Shown here: piece by piece, positions 27,152-36,581 of the stretch
Layout: the number at the start of each line of letters is the position of its first letter
Position numbering within the stretch: position 1 is the first letter of the stretch
From: a virus
Lineage: Duplodnaviria > Heunggongvirae > Uroviricota > Caudoviricetes
Length of the DNA stretch: 64,000 nt
Strand: one strand, 5' to 3'
IMG/VR virus record: IMGVR_UViG_3300033273_000374
Location: 1 to 64,000 of that record
Position numbers and translations under genes: made by a program
Notes under the pieces: model-generated
What the model was told of the DNA's origin: nothing
The model's input: the letters and a program-made list of their open reading frames with translations, nothing else
Databases searched by the model: none

Positions 27152-28418
27152 AATGTATTACCTTACTTGCTTCGCTGTTAAATTTACGCCATGGATCTAC
27201 CACAATGCTATCCATTGGTATTGTACAATACAAACTGTCTGTGTTACTGTCTTGGTGCATGTATTTGTAGGTTGTGCTTGCACTATGTGCTAATAACATT
27301 ACACAAGATTGTTTAGGTTCATTATTGTCTCCAGTCAATGGATCAATGTATGTTACACTTTTGCCCATTTCCTCAACATAATGACCGATCAATAAACTAT
27401 AACTTCCATCAATGTATTCTACACCAGGCTTGTATGCTTTGCCATGTATATAAATTTCCATTGCATTTTCGTCTGCAAGTTTTACTAACAGTTTAGCAAG
27501 GTTGTGTGCTTGCTTTTCTCTTGCATTCATTATAGCGTCAAATAAATCATATCCTAAATCTAATTCTTGTGCCATGTAGCGCAAGGCAATATTGTCACGC
27601 GGATGGCAAGCACCACCATCACCCATCCCTGCAGTCATATACTGCGGGCCCATGATCCGTTTGGTTGACTCTGCTAGTGCCTGGGTAACCACATCAACAT
27701 TGATATTGCCCTGCTTTACTGCCACATCCTGTATCATGTTTGCCAGTCCAATTTTGGTACTGATAAATGTGTTGTAAAACACTTTGATACATTCGCATTC
27801 GTCCCAAGTACCAACAACATACCTGGGATCATTTTCAATTACTGTTTTATAAAAGTCTACTAATAGTTGTGCATCACCTGTGGTAGTGCCATCTTCAGTA
27901 CCAACCATTACCATTTCAGGATTTAAAAAGTCCCATGCAACACTGCCCATAGCAATCAAGTATGGGTTGTATGCAAAACGTGTGTTTGTTATCAGTGGAA
28001 CAAATTCTCTGCGAACTGTGCCCGGAAGCACTGTAGAGATAAGCACAATCATTTGTGCATTGTGCATGTGTTCGTTACACTCACGCAATACTTGTTTTAC
28101 AATGTCGTAGTTAAAATCTTTAGGTTCAAGATGTGCAGTAGGCACACGACCATCATAACTTGCTTCATGCGGAGTTGGCACTGCTACAAAAACAATCTTA
28201 GAAAACTCAACTGCTTGTTTGATAGTGTCTACGATGTTTACATATTCACTTGAAACTGGTGCAACATCGTAACCTTTGACACTGTGTCCTTTTTTTGCCA
28301 TTTCCTCTGCACATGGCATTCCAAGTTTTCCGCAACCTATAAAAGCAATATTCATTGTGATGTGTACCATTTGTATGCAGTACGGATTATACTGTCTAAA
28401 TCGTGATTTGCTTTCCAT
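27135..28418 (-). CDS. ugd: UDP-glucose 6-dehydrogenase-family nucleotide-sugar dehydrogenase; probable start at MNIAFIG (28355)
   Basis: Rossmann IAFIGCGKLG and catalytic Cys motif GGACHPRD. Full three-domain length. Confidence 0.8.
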   Translation of the reverse strand: MESKSRFRQYNPYCIQMVHITMNIAFIGCGKLGMPCAEEMAKKGHSVKGYDVAPVSSEYVNIVDTIKQAVEFSKIVFVAVPTPHEASYDGRVPTAHLEPKDFNYDIVKQVLRECNEHMHNAQMIVLISTVLPGTVRREFVPLITNTRFAYNPYLIAMGSVAWDFLNPEMVMVGTEDGTTTGDAQLLVDFYKTVIENDPRYVVGTWDECECIKVFYNTFISTKIGLANMIQDVAVKQGNINVDVVTQALAESTKRIMGPQYMTAGMGDGGACHPRDNIALRYMAQELDLGYDLFDAIMNAREKQAHNLAKLLVKLADENAMEIYIHGKAYKPGVEYIDGSYSLLIGHYVEEMGKSVTYIDPLTGDNNEPKQSCVMLLAHSASTTYKYMHQDSNTDSLYCTIPMDSIVVDPWRKFNSEASKVIHYGNTR

Positions 28419-29299
28419 TTTAGGATGGTGTTGGCTGCAACAGTATCTGCTACAAGTGTACCAGGATCTCCTGGTCTAGGATCACCAAATTTTAGATCTA
28501 CTGAGAGAGGAGTAACACGGTTAATACTGTCAATAATCTCGAGATTGCTGTAGCCTCTTTCGCCACCTAAATTGAAAGTGTGTGCACCATTAGTCGTTTC
28601 TAACAGTTCAATACTATTTAGCACACCACGTGCCACATCCTCAACATGCACATAATCACGCACACAAGTTCCATCTGGCGTATCAAAGTTGTTACCAAAC
28701 AGTGTAAAATCTTTGCCAGCCATGGTGCGCTCTATGGCTTTTGCAATGATGTGAGTTGCATTGGGTTCTTGACCAAACTCGCCCTCAGGATCTGCACCTG
28801 CAACATTAAAGAAACGCAAACTTACACTGTTGAAATTGTATGCATGTGCGTAATCATTGAGTATGATTTCCATCATGCGTTTACTCCAACCATATGGGTT
28901 GCAAGGAGTATGAGGCATGTTTTCTGCACAAACATCTTCTTCTGGTTCACCGTAACAGGCTGCACTACTAGCAAACACAAATTTATCAATGCCTTTGTTG
29001 CGCACACTATCCAAGAGGTCAAGTGTTTGTGCAATGTTGTTTTGATAGTAAGGTGCAGGATCTATCACACTTGGTCCAACAAGACTGGTAGCACCTATGT
29101 GTACAACTGCATCTACACCATTAAACATATCATCACTGATATCACCATATGAGGTAAGTTGTACTTTGTCAAGGTAATTGTGTTTAATGTGTCTACGGTC
29201 AATTGCCACAACTTCGTACAGCAGACTTTTTAACATTTTGCAGACAGCAGAGCCAATGTATCCACCGGCTCCTGTTACCATTACTCTCTGTGCTGTCAT
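28352..29299 (-). CDS. galE: NAD-dependent nucleotide-sugar 4-epimerase (GalE-like SDR)
   Basis: VTGAGGYIGS Rossmann motif, the S...YxxxK triad (YGWSKRMME) and extended-SDR length. Confidence 0.8.
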   Translation of the reverse strand: MTAQRVMVTGAGGYIGSAVCKMLKSLLYEVVAIDRRHIKHNYLDKVQLTSYGDISDDMFNGVDAVVHIGATSLVGPSVIDPAPYYQNNIAQTLDLLDSVRNKGIDKFVFASSAACYGEPEEDVCAENMPHTPCNPYGWSKRMMEIILNDYAHAYNFNSVSLRFFNVAGADPEGEFGQEPNATHIIAKAIERTMAGKDFTLFGNNFDTPDGTCVRDYVHVEDVARGVLNSIELLETTNGAHTFNLGGERGYSNLEIIDSINRVTPLSVDLKFGDPRPGDPGTLVADTVAANTILKWKANHDLDSIIRTAYKWYTSQ

Positions 29300-30489
29300 G
29301 CTGTTGGATCCTTGTTGTATTTTGATTCTGCTACATGGTCTCTGTAACGATTACCACTGCGCTTCCATTTTTCACCTTTGCCTTCCATGATATCAAGCAT
29401 ACGATCAATGGTACCATCAGTCCAGTCACTGATCTTGCCCATGTTGTGACTGGGTGCTTCAAGTGCATTTAACACTTTGTCCATAGCATCACTCTTGTTC
29501 CATGGCACATACAATCTAGTGTAATCGTTTGCAAATGTTTCTGGAAAACTGCGATATGCAGGATATACAACATTACATCCAAGTGCATCTGCTTCGCTAA
29601 CAGTGTTGCTGACCCAGTCTTGTAACGCACAGTTAAACATAACCTTACTGTCGTTTACAATGTTGTAGTAGTCATTTTTCTGCAGATCTTTGTAGATTGT
29701 TAGCAGTCCGTGCTTTTCCATTTCTAAAGCACGATCCAAATAACGTTGATTGTTACTGCGTAATGGACCGCCACTGAGTACTGCACACTCAATGTTTGGA
29801 TTTACATTGCGTATCATCTGGATCAAGTCCATGTAGAAGTCTGGCTGTTTCTCTTGATCAAAACGTGCTGCAAATACAATTCTGTCTGCACGTTCACTCC
29901 AAGGCTTGATGTTGTTTCCAACACGCCCTTGCACTTCTGCCTTGCCAAAACTCAATCCACTGATGTTGTAGATAGGTGCAGTCCAATTTGCAATACGCAT
30001 GTGTGCTACCATTTCTTCGTTAGTAGCAAGAATATTTACATTAGGAATCTCGTTACACATCTGCTCATACAAGCTCATCCACTTGCTCATACCCCATACA
30101 TGCACAAAGTCATCTGGATCAACTGCTTGTGCTAAACAGCGCAAGTAGATTGTAGGACGTTGTGTGTATGGAATCTGACACATGATGTAAGGCAAACTTT
30201 CAATGCCAGGTTGGAACATGTCTTCAAAGAAAACAACATCCTGTCCAGAACATTCACCGTTGCGCATCATTTGTACAAGATTCATAAGTTGACTCATGCC
30301 AAAGTATGAACGTCCATGTGCGTCAAGTACTTGTCCTACGCTGATGCTTTTGGTGTTGTCAATGGTTTCACCAGGCACTACAACATAGTCTATGCCGCGA
30401 CGTTTAAAGACTTCTTCACTCCACTGTTGTAATTGTAGTGTGTAGCGTCCTTCGTACGGCTCAAGCCCCATGTAAAATAGTTTACGCAT
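29296..30489 (-). CDS. GT-B fold glycosyltransferase (GT4-like)
   Basis: 397 aa. C-terminal E-x7-E-like region and FAARFDQEKQP resemble the GT4 donor-binding region. No unique motif. Confidence 0.5.
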   Translation of the reverse strand: MRKLFYMGLEPYEGRYTLQLQQWSEEVFKRRGIDYVVVPGETIDNTKSISVGQVLDAHGRSYFGMSQLMNLVQMMRNGECSGQDVVFFEDMFQPGIESLPYIMCQIPYTQRPTIYLRCLAQAVDPDDFVHVWGMSKWMSLYEQMCNEIPNVNILATNEEMVAHMRIANWTAPIYNISGLSFGKAEVQGRVGNNIKPWSERADRIVFAARFDQEKQPDFYMDLIQMIRNVNPNIECAVLSGGPLRSNNQRYLDRALEMEKHGLLTIYKDLQKNDYYNIVNDSKVMFNCALQDWVSNTVSEADALGCNVVYPAYRSFPETFANDYTRLYVPWNKSDAMDKVLNALEAPSHNMGKISDWTDGTIDRMLDIMEGKGEKWKRSGNRYRDHVAESKYNKDPTA

Positions 30490-30497
30490 ATTGTCTC

Positions 30498-30722
30498 CTA
30501 ACGTACAAAGATGTTGCGTCCGCTACGCTTTGCATCGCGCATCCAATTGTTGCTGATGCGTGTACCGCTTTTAAACGCAACGTAGGTAGCATAGTTTGGA
30601 TCATCTTTGTTGTACAATGCTGCTTCATCGTAAGCATGACCAAACACTTTACAAAAGCGTAGGTAATCGTCAAGATCATCAAACACTTTGCGATAAGCGT
30701 CGCGGTTAAATTTTGTACTCAT
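30498..30722 (-). CDS. hypothetical protein (74 aa)
   Basis: ORF track. Confidence 0.4.
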   Translation of the reverse strand: MSTKFNRDAYRKVFDDLDDYLRFCKVFGHAYDEAALYNKDDPNYATYVAFKSGTRISNNWMRDAKRSGRNIFVR

Positions 30723-30732
30723 TTTCTTTCCT

Positions 30733-31254
30733 TTAGTTTTTTACGTTATAGCGAACAATGCAGCCGTTTTCATTGTCTTCGCTAACTTCAATGTGAATTT
30801 CACGGCTAGGATATTTGTTGTTGATGTGTTCAAACATTTCGTCTGCAATCATTTCACAACTCTTATAGTCCAGTGTCATTACATCTTCACTGAACAATCT
30901 CTGTAACCAACGTGAGAACTGAATAAATTCAATTTCTCTATCGTTGTGGAACACTTCAATTGATACCTTGAAGTGAAACATGTGTCTGTGTGGATAACCG
31001 AGAAAACTTACGTCATCCCAATCACCAGTTGCTAACTTTGGATCATCCAAGGCAGCAGGATACTTGTGTATACCTTCTTTCTGGAATGTGACCCAAATCA
31101 TACGTTTGCTTGTTGACTGTGTGTGCTGTTGTACAGCCGCTTGTCTCATCATGTCTAGTGTTGCATTATCAATATCTTCAGACATATCACCAATCCCATA
31201 TCTGTGCGTAGTAACCTTTACCATTGGTGTCGCCGCCATCGTTATAGACTTCAC
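30733..31254 (-). CDS. hypothetical protein, possibly a second T-fold/PTPS-like protein
   Basis: GYPHRHMFHFKVSIEV resembles the QueD/PTPS H-x-H..F.V motif. Weak. Confidence 0.3.
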   Translation of the reverse strand: MKSITMAATPMVKVTTHRYGIGDMSEDIDNATLDMMRQAAVQQHTQSTSKRMIWVTFQKEGIHKYPAALDDPKLATGDWDDVSFLGYPHRHMFHFKVSIEVFHNDREIEFIQFSRWLQRLFSEDVMTLDYKSCEMIADEMFEHINNKYPSREIHIEVSEDNENGCIVRYNVKN

Positions 31255-31891
31255 CGTCTTTGTAGCCTACTAACTCAAGTACATTGTCACTGTTTGGTAT
31301 TTGTGTAGTATAAAACTCTAATGCAGTGATGTCAAGTTCTTCTCCATCAGTTTCAATTGGGTATACACCAAACGCACCTTTTTCACTGCTACAACCAAAG
31401 AAAACATAAGGAGTTGGAATCTCGCCGTTGTCCATAGGCTTTGGTTCGCCTTCCTCACCTTCGGTGTCATCCTCATCATAGAAACCATTTGGATATAGTA
31501 CTTCGTCAAGATCAAGTACATGTTCGGTAAGTTTTGGATTGTACTTTTGTTTGAACTCATTCCACTCCATGGCGCTTACTAGATCGTTAAGAATTTCTGC
31601 ACCATAATCATAACCAGATACTTCTTCAATGCTGATGTATGCACTGTCTGAATTTGCTCCATACACATGTTCGATATCATCTAATTCGTTCCAATGTCCT
31701 AACCAGCGTGGGTCTTCGTCATCGTAGATAGGATTATCATCATTTTCTTCGTATGGATCCCACATAGCATGTGCAATAATCTGTTCTTCTTCAAAAGGCA
31801 TCCAGAAGTCGTATTGCTCTTCTGTGAGACGTCCTAACACAATTTCACTGCCATAGCCGTGAATTGTTACTTTAAAGAATCTTTTAGACAT
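31187..31891 (-). CDS. hypothetical acidic protein (234 aa)
   Basis: ORF track. Confidence 0.5.
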   Translation of the reverse strand: MSKRFFKVTIHGYGSEIVLGRLTEEQYDFWMPFEEEQIIAHAMWDPYEENDDNPIYDDEDPRWLGHWNELDDIEHVYGANSDSAYISIEEVSGYDYGAEILNDLVSAMEWNEFKQKYNPKLTEHVLDLDEVLYPNGFYDEDDTEGEEGEPKPMDNGEIPTPYVFFGCSSEKGAFGVYPIETDGEELDITALEFYTTQIPNSDNVLELVGYKDGEVYNDGGDTNGKGYYAQIWDW

Positions 31892-32471
31892 TGCTATCTC
31901 TTTTCTGTTTTTCTAGCATATAGTCACTGTAACCTAGTTTTTTGATGCGTTTCTCAAACTGGATATCGCTTTCGATTACCTTGTCTTGTGTGTATTTAGA
32001 CCACGGCGTAAACACCTTAGTATTTTGTAAGTCGTGTAAACGATGTGTCCACACACCTGCATTTGTTGCACTAAAGTCTTTGTCATCTACTTTGATACAG
32101 GCATTGTAGTTGAACAATTTGATGTATGGCACTTTTACACTGATCATGCTGATAAAATTATCATGTTCATCATAACAACCTTCAAGCACCCATTCACTGT
32201 GAATCACATCAAAGTCCAATGTTACCATGAAGCTTCTGTATAACTTGTTATTTAGAACAGCACGAATAAGAATATCCCAGTCATCGCTGGGTTCAAAACT
32301 TTGATTCGCGCCTAAGTAGATATGATCGCATTTGTGTTTTTGTGCAGTGCGCACAATCTCATCTGCGTCTTGTATGCCCACAACAAACAGTGTGCGCATG
32401 CCATATGCAGGAGTATGCTCAATTTCGTTGCCTACAAAGAAAGCAACACCGTCGTGCCCATCACGTTGCAT
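31884..32471 (-). CDS. hypothetical protein (195 aa)
   Basis: ORF track. Confidence 0.5.
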   Translation of the reverse strand: MQRDGHDGVAFFVGNEIEHTPAYGMRTLFVVGIQDADEIVRTAQKHKCDHIYLGANQSFEPSDDWDILIRAVLNNKLYRSFMVTLDFDVIHSEWVLEGCYDEHDNFISMISVKVPYIKLFNYNACIKVDDKDFSATNAGVWTHRLHDLQNTKVFTPWSKYTQDKVIESDIQFEKRIKKLGYSDYMLEKQKRDSNV

Positions 32472-32713
32472 CAGTGAGTCTGCCTGATGTCGTAAATGTT
32501 TTCTTCTTCTGGGCTAGATTCAAATGCTTTGTATGCATTTCTTAAATCTTCTAATTCGTCACGAATGCTAAGTTTAAGTTTTTTTAGTTCTTTGAGCTTT
32601 TGATCTTTTTCTGCATTGTATTGATTTTTGAGTTCGCCCTCAATTTTGTCTGTGCTTTTGCTCAATCGTTTGTGTCTGTCTTCTAGATACAGGATACGAT
32701 CTTCTAAATCCAT
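32471..32713 (-). CDS. hypothetical coiled-coil protein (80 aa)
   Basis: ORF track. Heptad-like charged sequence. Confidence 0.4.
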   Translation of the reverse strand: MDLEDRILYLEDRHKRLSKSTDKIEGELKNQYNAEKDQKLKELKKLKLSIRDELEDLRNAYKAFESSPEEENIYDIRQTH

Positions 32714-32714
32714 T

Positions 32715-34190
32715 TCACACCTCTGTGAATAAGTTGTTAAACTGTGTAGTGGCGTTCTGGGTTTTCTTGCCCTTAAAGCCTCTGGTTCCTATTATGTCCA
32801 TAAAGTATATACTATTACCAGCAATTATGTCAAGTGATTTTTCCTTGGTTGGAGCACTAAAAATATCATTTACAATGTCACGGAAACGTTGTGTGTTTGA
32901 CCATAACATAGCGGGCATAACACCAGCATCATACTGTCTGTTTGCTTCTTGCACTGCGTTGATGTGCGTCCAAACATTATGACCCATTAACAGTGCATAA
33001 CTGAAACTGTCCCATGAAGTTTTACCTTCCTTGCCAATCTTGTTCAGCATGCCTGGACCATAATGACAGATGTCCATCATGCGCATGTGTTCACTGATTG
33101 GACTGTCCTCCCATATGGTGTGTATGCCATCTGCTGTTACACCATCTTTGTACAGTCTTGTATCGTTAAAATACTTTTTGTCATCAGCAGTTGGGTTCAT
33201 GCGATATACCCACTTCTGATCATGTGGTGTAACCACATTGGTGTACACTTGCCCATTTGCCGTAGCAAGGAAAGGACTAGCACAATCAAAACTGATTGTT
33301 AGTGTAGGATTGTAGTTTGCTCTTACTGCACGTTGTACATCTGTGAGCAGTGTTGCCCACTCTAGTTTACTGGTGCCTAAGAAGTGCATCCAGTCATGCT
33401 TGCCGCTTTGTAGCAGTCCATCGTAGTGCAAGTGTACAATGCGTTCCAGTATGAGATGAATGTCACACATGTTCTGACCACCCATGCCCCATCCATCAAA
33501 GTGGTTGGTTGGATACTGTGTATCATCACAGTAGTGTTTTACGTGATCATACCATTCGTGTGCATTTTGATGATTGTCACCTTGTAACACATTGAGGAAT
33601 CGTGTTCCACCATTTTCTTTGCCTTTGCGATTGGCAATAAAATATTCGTTGTTGAACTTGGTTGCTTCTACTGCTTCGTGCACCTGTGTTATGCAACTGT
33701 TGCGACTTGCTTTCTCATCATGCACAACCCAACTTGGTATATCAAGTGCCATGCTGTAATTAAAGTAACTGTCCAGCCAAGTCAACACTTGTTTACGTTT
33801 TTTATTAGCATTAGGACAGCCACTGCCTGCACGCCAGTCACCTTCCCAAACACCCTTAGCAATTTGGAATCCTCCACTGTCACCAACCAAGATGTTGTCT
33901 GGTCTGTTCATGCCTTTGGTGTCACGCACCATGTCTTCTTTTGGACTGTGTCGTGTTGTGTCTAAGTCAGCATGCCCTGCACTGTACAACGACCATTTGT
34001 ATTGAAACACACCTTTGTCACTGAGCCAGTTCATTGCTTCAAGTGCGGTGCCTTGCAAGTGCTTTGGAATACGATTTTGATCTACATACTGATCAAAACG
34101 TTGCTTGCCAACATAGGTGCTGTAAAAACTGCTCAATGCTGGCAGGAATACTGCATAATCAGATTGTGATTTTGTTAGATTCTTGTTCAT
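32715..34190 (-). CDS. tRNA-guanine transglycosylase (TGT)-family protein, DpdA-like candidate DNA 7-deazaguanine transglycosylase
   Basis: NILVGDSGGFQIAKG matches the TGT substrate-binding DSGGFQ motif. 491 aa, so longer than canonical TGT/DpdA. Confidence 0.6.
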   Translation of the reverse strand: MNKNLTKSQSDYAVFLPALSSFYSTYVGKQRFDQYVDQNRIPKHLQGTALEAMNWLSDKGVFQYKWSLYSAGHADLDTTRHSPKEDMVRDTKGMNRPDNILVGDSGGFQIAKGVWEGDWRAGSGCPNANKKRKQVLTWLDSYFNYSMALDIPSWVVHDEKASRNSCITQVHEAVEATKFNNEYFIANRKGKENGGTRFLNVLQGDNHQNAHEWYDHVKHYCDDTQYPTNHFDGWGMGGQNMCDIHLILERIVHLHYDGLLQSGKHDWMHFLGTSKLEWATLLTDVQRAVRANYNPTLTISFDCASPFLATANGQVYTNVVTPHDQKWVYRMNPTADDKKYFNDTRLYKDGVTADGIHTIWEDSPISEHMRMMDICHYGPGMLNKIGKEGKTSWDSFSYALLMGHNVWTHINAVQEANRQYDAGVMPAMLWSNTQRFRDIVNDIFSAPTKEKSLDIIAGNSIYFMDIIGTRGFKGKKTQNATTQFNNLFTEV

Positions 34191-34815
34191 TTATTTGTTG
34201 TAATAACCAATAGGTTTGGTGGTCATAACTTTCATAGTAGTATTTTACATTGTGTAGATCAACATTGTCAATAATCCAGTCTTGCCACTGTTTTCTTATG
34301 TTGTTTACAGGATCTTTGGTGTAGTTGATTGGATCATGTAACCATTTTTCTGTTGGCATGGTTGTGTCTGTCCATCTACATATCTTCTCCCATACACTGT
34401 GTGTATCATCATGTTTGAAGAAAGTAATGCTGTTGTGATCAAACGGGGTATAAAAATACTGTTGTACCTCTGTGTGATCGTCAAATACAACTCTGTCTTG
34501 TATCAGTTTCAGAACTGGTTCACATTTCATATCTTCGTCATGAGTATGATATGTGTTAAAGTATTCACTGATACCTGCTATCCAGCGTTTTATTGGATCT
34601 CGCAGTAAACATATTACATGTACATTCTTTTTAATGTGTTCGTTGTGTATTACAGTCCAACCTCTTTCACCTTCAAGCCAGGAACGCCAGTAACTGCTAC
34701 TACATTTTGGAATACATAGAATTGCAAGCTGACCACAAGGACTTAATATGTGTTGTCCTCGTGGATGCCCTTTGTGTTCCCACCAATTCCAATTCTGGAT
34801 ATCTTCAAAGTTCAT
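34159..34815 (-). CDS. sulfotransferase-fold protein (tentative)
   Basis: 5'-PSB-like IPKCSSSYW and 3'-PB-like LLRDPIKRWIAGIS motifs. Confidence 0.4.
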   Translation of the reverse strand: MNFEDIQNWNWWEHKGHPRGQHILSPCGQLAILCIPKCSSSYWRSWLEGERGWTVIHNEHIKKNVHVICLLRDPIKRWIAGISEYFNTYHTHDEDMKCEPVLKLIQDRVVFDDHTEVQQYFYTPFDHNSITFFKHDDTHSVWEKICRWTDTTMPTEKWLHDPINYTKDPVNNIRKQWQDWIIDNVDLHNVKYYYESYDHQTYWLLQQINEQESNKITI

Positions 34816-35543
34816 TTGCTTTGTGCAGGAAGCAAGTAACGATAAACAGCAAGTCCACTGTCTACAGTGATTTCGCCTACACCGTCATCGCTGAACTTAA
34901 TGCGTGTTTCACCCGATAAGCCAAGGATTTTTGATACTTGTTCAACAGGCCATGCCCAAGCACGTTGTAGTTGTCCACCTACATCATGTTGGAACACAAA
35001 GTTACCAGCGTGTGTGCTTTGATCACCAAAGTAAAACTTGAGATCTGCACCATCTGTTTTAGCGATGAATGTTGTTTCGTCGCTGTTGGCACTGATCATA
35101 AACTTGAAACGTTGTACACTGGCAACACTTGGTTCAAAGTCAACACCCCATGGTACGCTTTTCATTGTAACACTTTTGAGTTTGTCATTGACAATTTCGC
35201 TAGCCATAAAGCGATAGTCGTTTACAAAGTCTCCGTTTGCATTTTCAAAGTGAATACCAACTGGCACAGTTGCACCATTGCGTTCTTGTGTGTTGATAGT
35301 TATGTTTGCATTTTCTTGGTACTCAGGTATCTTGAGGATGATGCTCAATTTGTCTAAGTTGGGCATACCAAACGTACCAATAAAGTCTGCTACAGGAGCA
35401 TGTGTTTCTGCTTGTAGAATAACACTACGATCTTCTGCAAGTCCTTCAATTTTTGTTGATTTGTCGTCACCTGTAACTTTAACTAGGTCAATAAAGCCAA
35501 GGTTGTGCGTGTGCTGAACAATGTCAAGTAAGTAATCTTTCAT
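34812..35543 (-). CDS. hypothetical protein (243 aa); sliding-clamp size and position but no recognisable similarity
   Basis: ORF track; adjacent to the polymerase region. Confidence 0.45.
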   Translation of the reverse strand: MKDYLLDIVQHTHNLGFIDLVKVTGDDKSTKIEGLAEDRSVILQAETHAPVADFIGTFGMPNLDKLSIILKIPEYQENANITINTQERNGATVPVGIHFENANGDFVNDYRFMASEIVNDKLKSVTMKSVPWGVDFEPSVASVQRFKFMISANSDETTFIAKTDGADLKFYFGDQSTHAGNFVFQHDVGGQLQRAWAWPVEQVSKILGLSGETRIKFSDDGVGEITVDSGLAVYRYLLPAQSK

Positions 35544-35605
35544 TGATGAGTCCTTTTATTGAGTTATGTATATTGTATTTAGAAAATGTGTAGAAGTCAA
35601 TAAAA

Positions 35606-36523
35606 TTATTTTACATTCTCTACCATTGGTGCACTGGTTTTGTTGCTGGTCAGTTCACCTTCTTTCTGCAGTATTGCATATTGCCATAGTCCGTTTATTG
35701 TTTCTGTGGTTACAACATTCCAGCCTATGCTGTATGCTTTCCCAACTAACAGTTCTTTGGTACTATAAAATCGCAAACCTTCTAGTGTGTGTTCTAAACT
35801 TGATCTTTGGTCGCAGTCGTTGTATGTTACAAGCATCTTTCCACCTGGCAGTGTTAGTTTGTAAAATTTTTGTAAAATGTCGCCTTGTTCATCAAGTGGA
35901 ATATATTCAAATTGGTTAATACAGACCGTCAATCCTAATGATGGAGGCAATCCTTTAACATTTTTATATAATCTCAATCTATTATTAAAATAAAAATTAT
36001 CTATGTTTGCTTTAATTCTACTAACACTTGTATCGTTATTGGTAATAACGTACAAAGGTTCGCAAGCAATCATAGTTTGTACATACAAGTTGTCTATTGG
36101 ATTTAACACACAACCTGCAAATCTCCAATCACTGTTTCTCTGTATAGCAGATTTTATAAGTTCAATAAATTCTGGATTTATATTGTTGTTTCTTGAGTCA
36201 AGTAAATCTTGATCAACAGTTTGGGCTGAATACCTAATATAATCATGCTGTAGTATATTGCGTTCCTTATTGTATACTACTTTGTTAATCTGTTGTTTTA
36301 CATTGGTAACTGTATCGTAATATTCTACAAGTAAATTTTCAATTTGATTATTGATGTCAACAAGTTTGTCAAAATTGCCACGATTTTTAAACAGTTTTCT
36401 ATAATGATCAACAACTTCTTTTTCATATTGCAATGTTTTGATTACATCTAGTGAATGATCTCCAAGATCTGCAAACTTGGTTTTGATTAGACTGAGTTGA
36501 TTTAGTTTGTCTGCCAAGCTCAT
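35606..36523 (-). CDS. hypothetical protein (305 aa), possibly a SAM-dependent methyltransferase
   Basis: LTLPGGKMLV resembles MTase motif II. Weak. Confidence 0.4.
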   Translation of the reverse strand: MSLADKLNQLSLIKTKFADLGDHSLDVIKTLQYEKEVVDHYRKLFKNRGNFDKLVDINNQIENLLVEYYDTVTNVKQQINKVVYNKERNILQHDYIRYSAQTVDQDLLDSRNNNINPEFIELIKSAIQRNSDWRFAGCVLNPIDNLYVQTMIACEPLYVITNNDTSVSRIKANIDNFYFNNRLRLYKNVKGLPPSLGLTVCINQFEYIPLDEQGDILQKFYKLTLPGGKMLVTYNDCDQRSSLEHTLEGLRFYSTKELLVGKAYSIGWNVVTTETINGLWQYAILQKEGELTSNKTSAPMVENVK

Positions 36524-36552
36524 ATTACTGCTCCTACAGTATTTATGTGCCC

Positions 36553-36581
36553 ATATTACTCAAAACTAAAAAGTGTATCAA
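36553..36581 (-). promoter_or_regulatory. sigma70-like promoter TTGATA-N17-TAATAT inside the 3' end of the polymerase gene
   Basis: -35 at 36576-36581, -10 at 36553-36558, upstream of the ATG at 36523. Confidence 0.45.
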
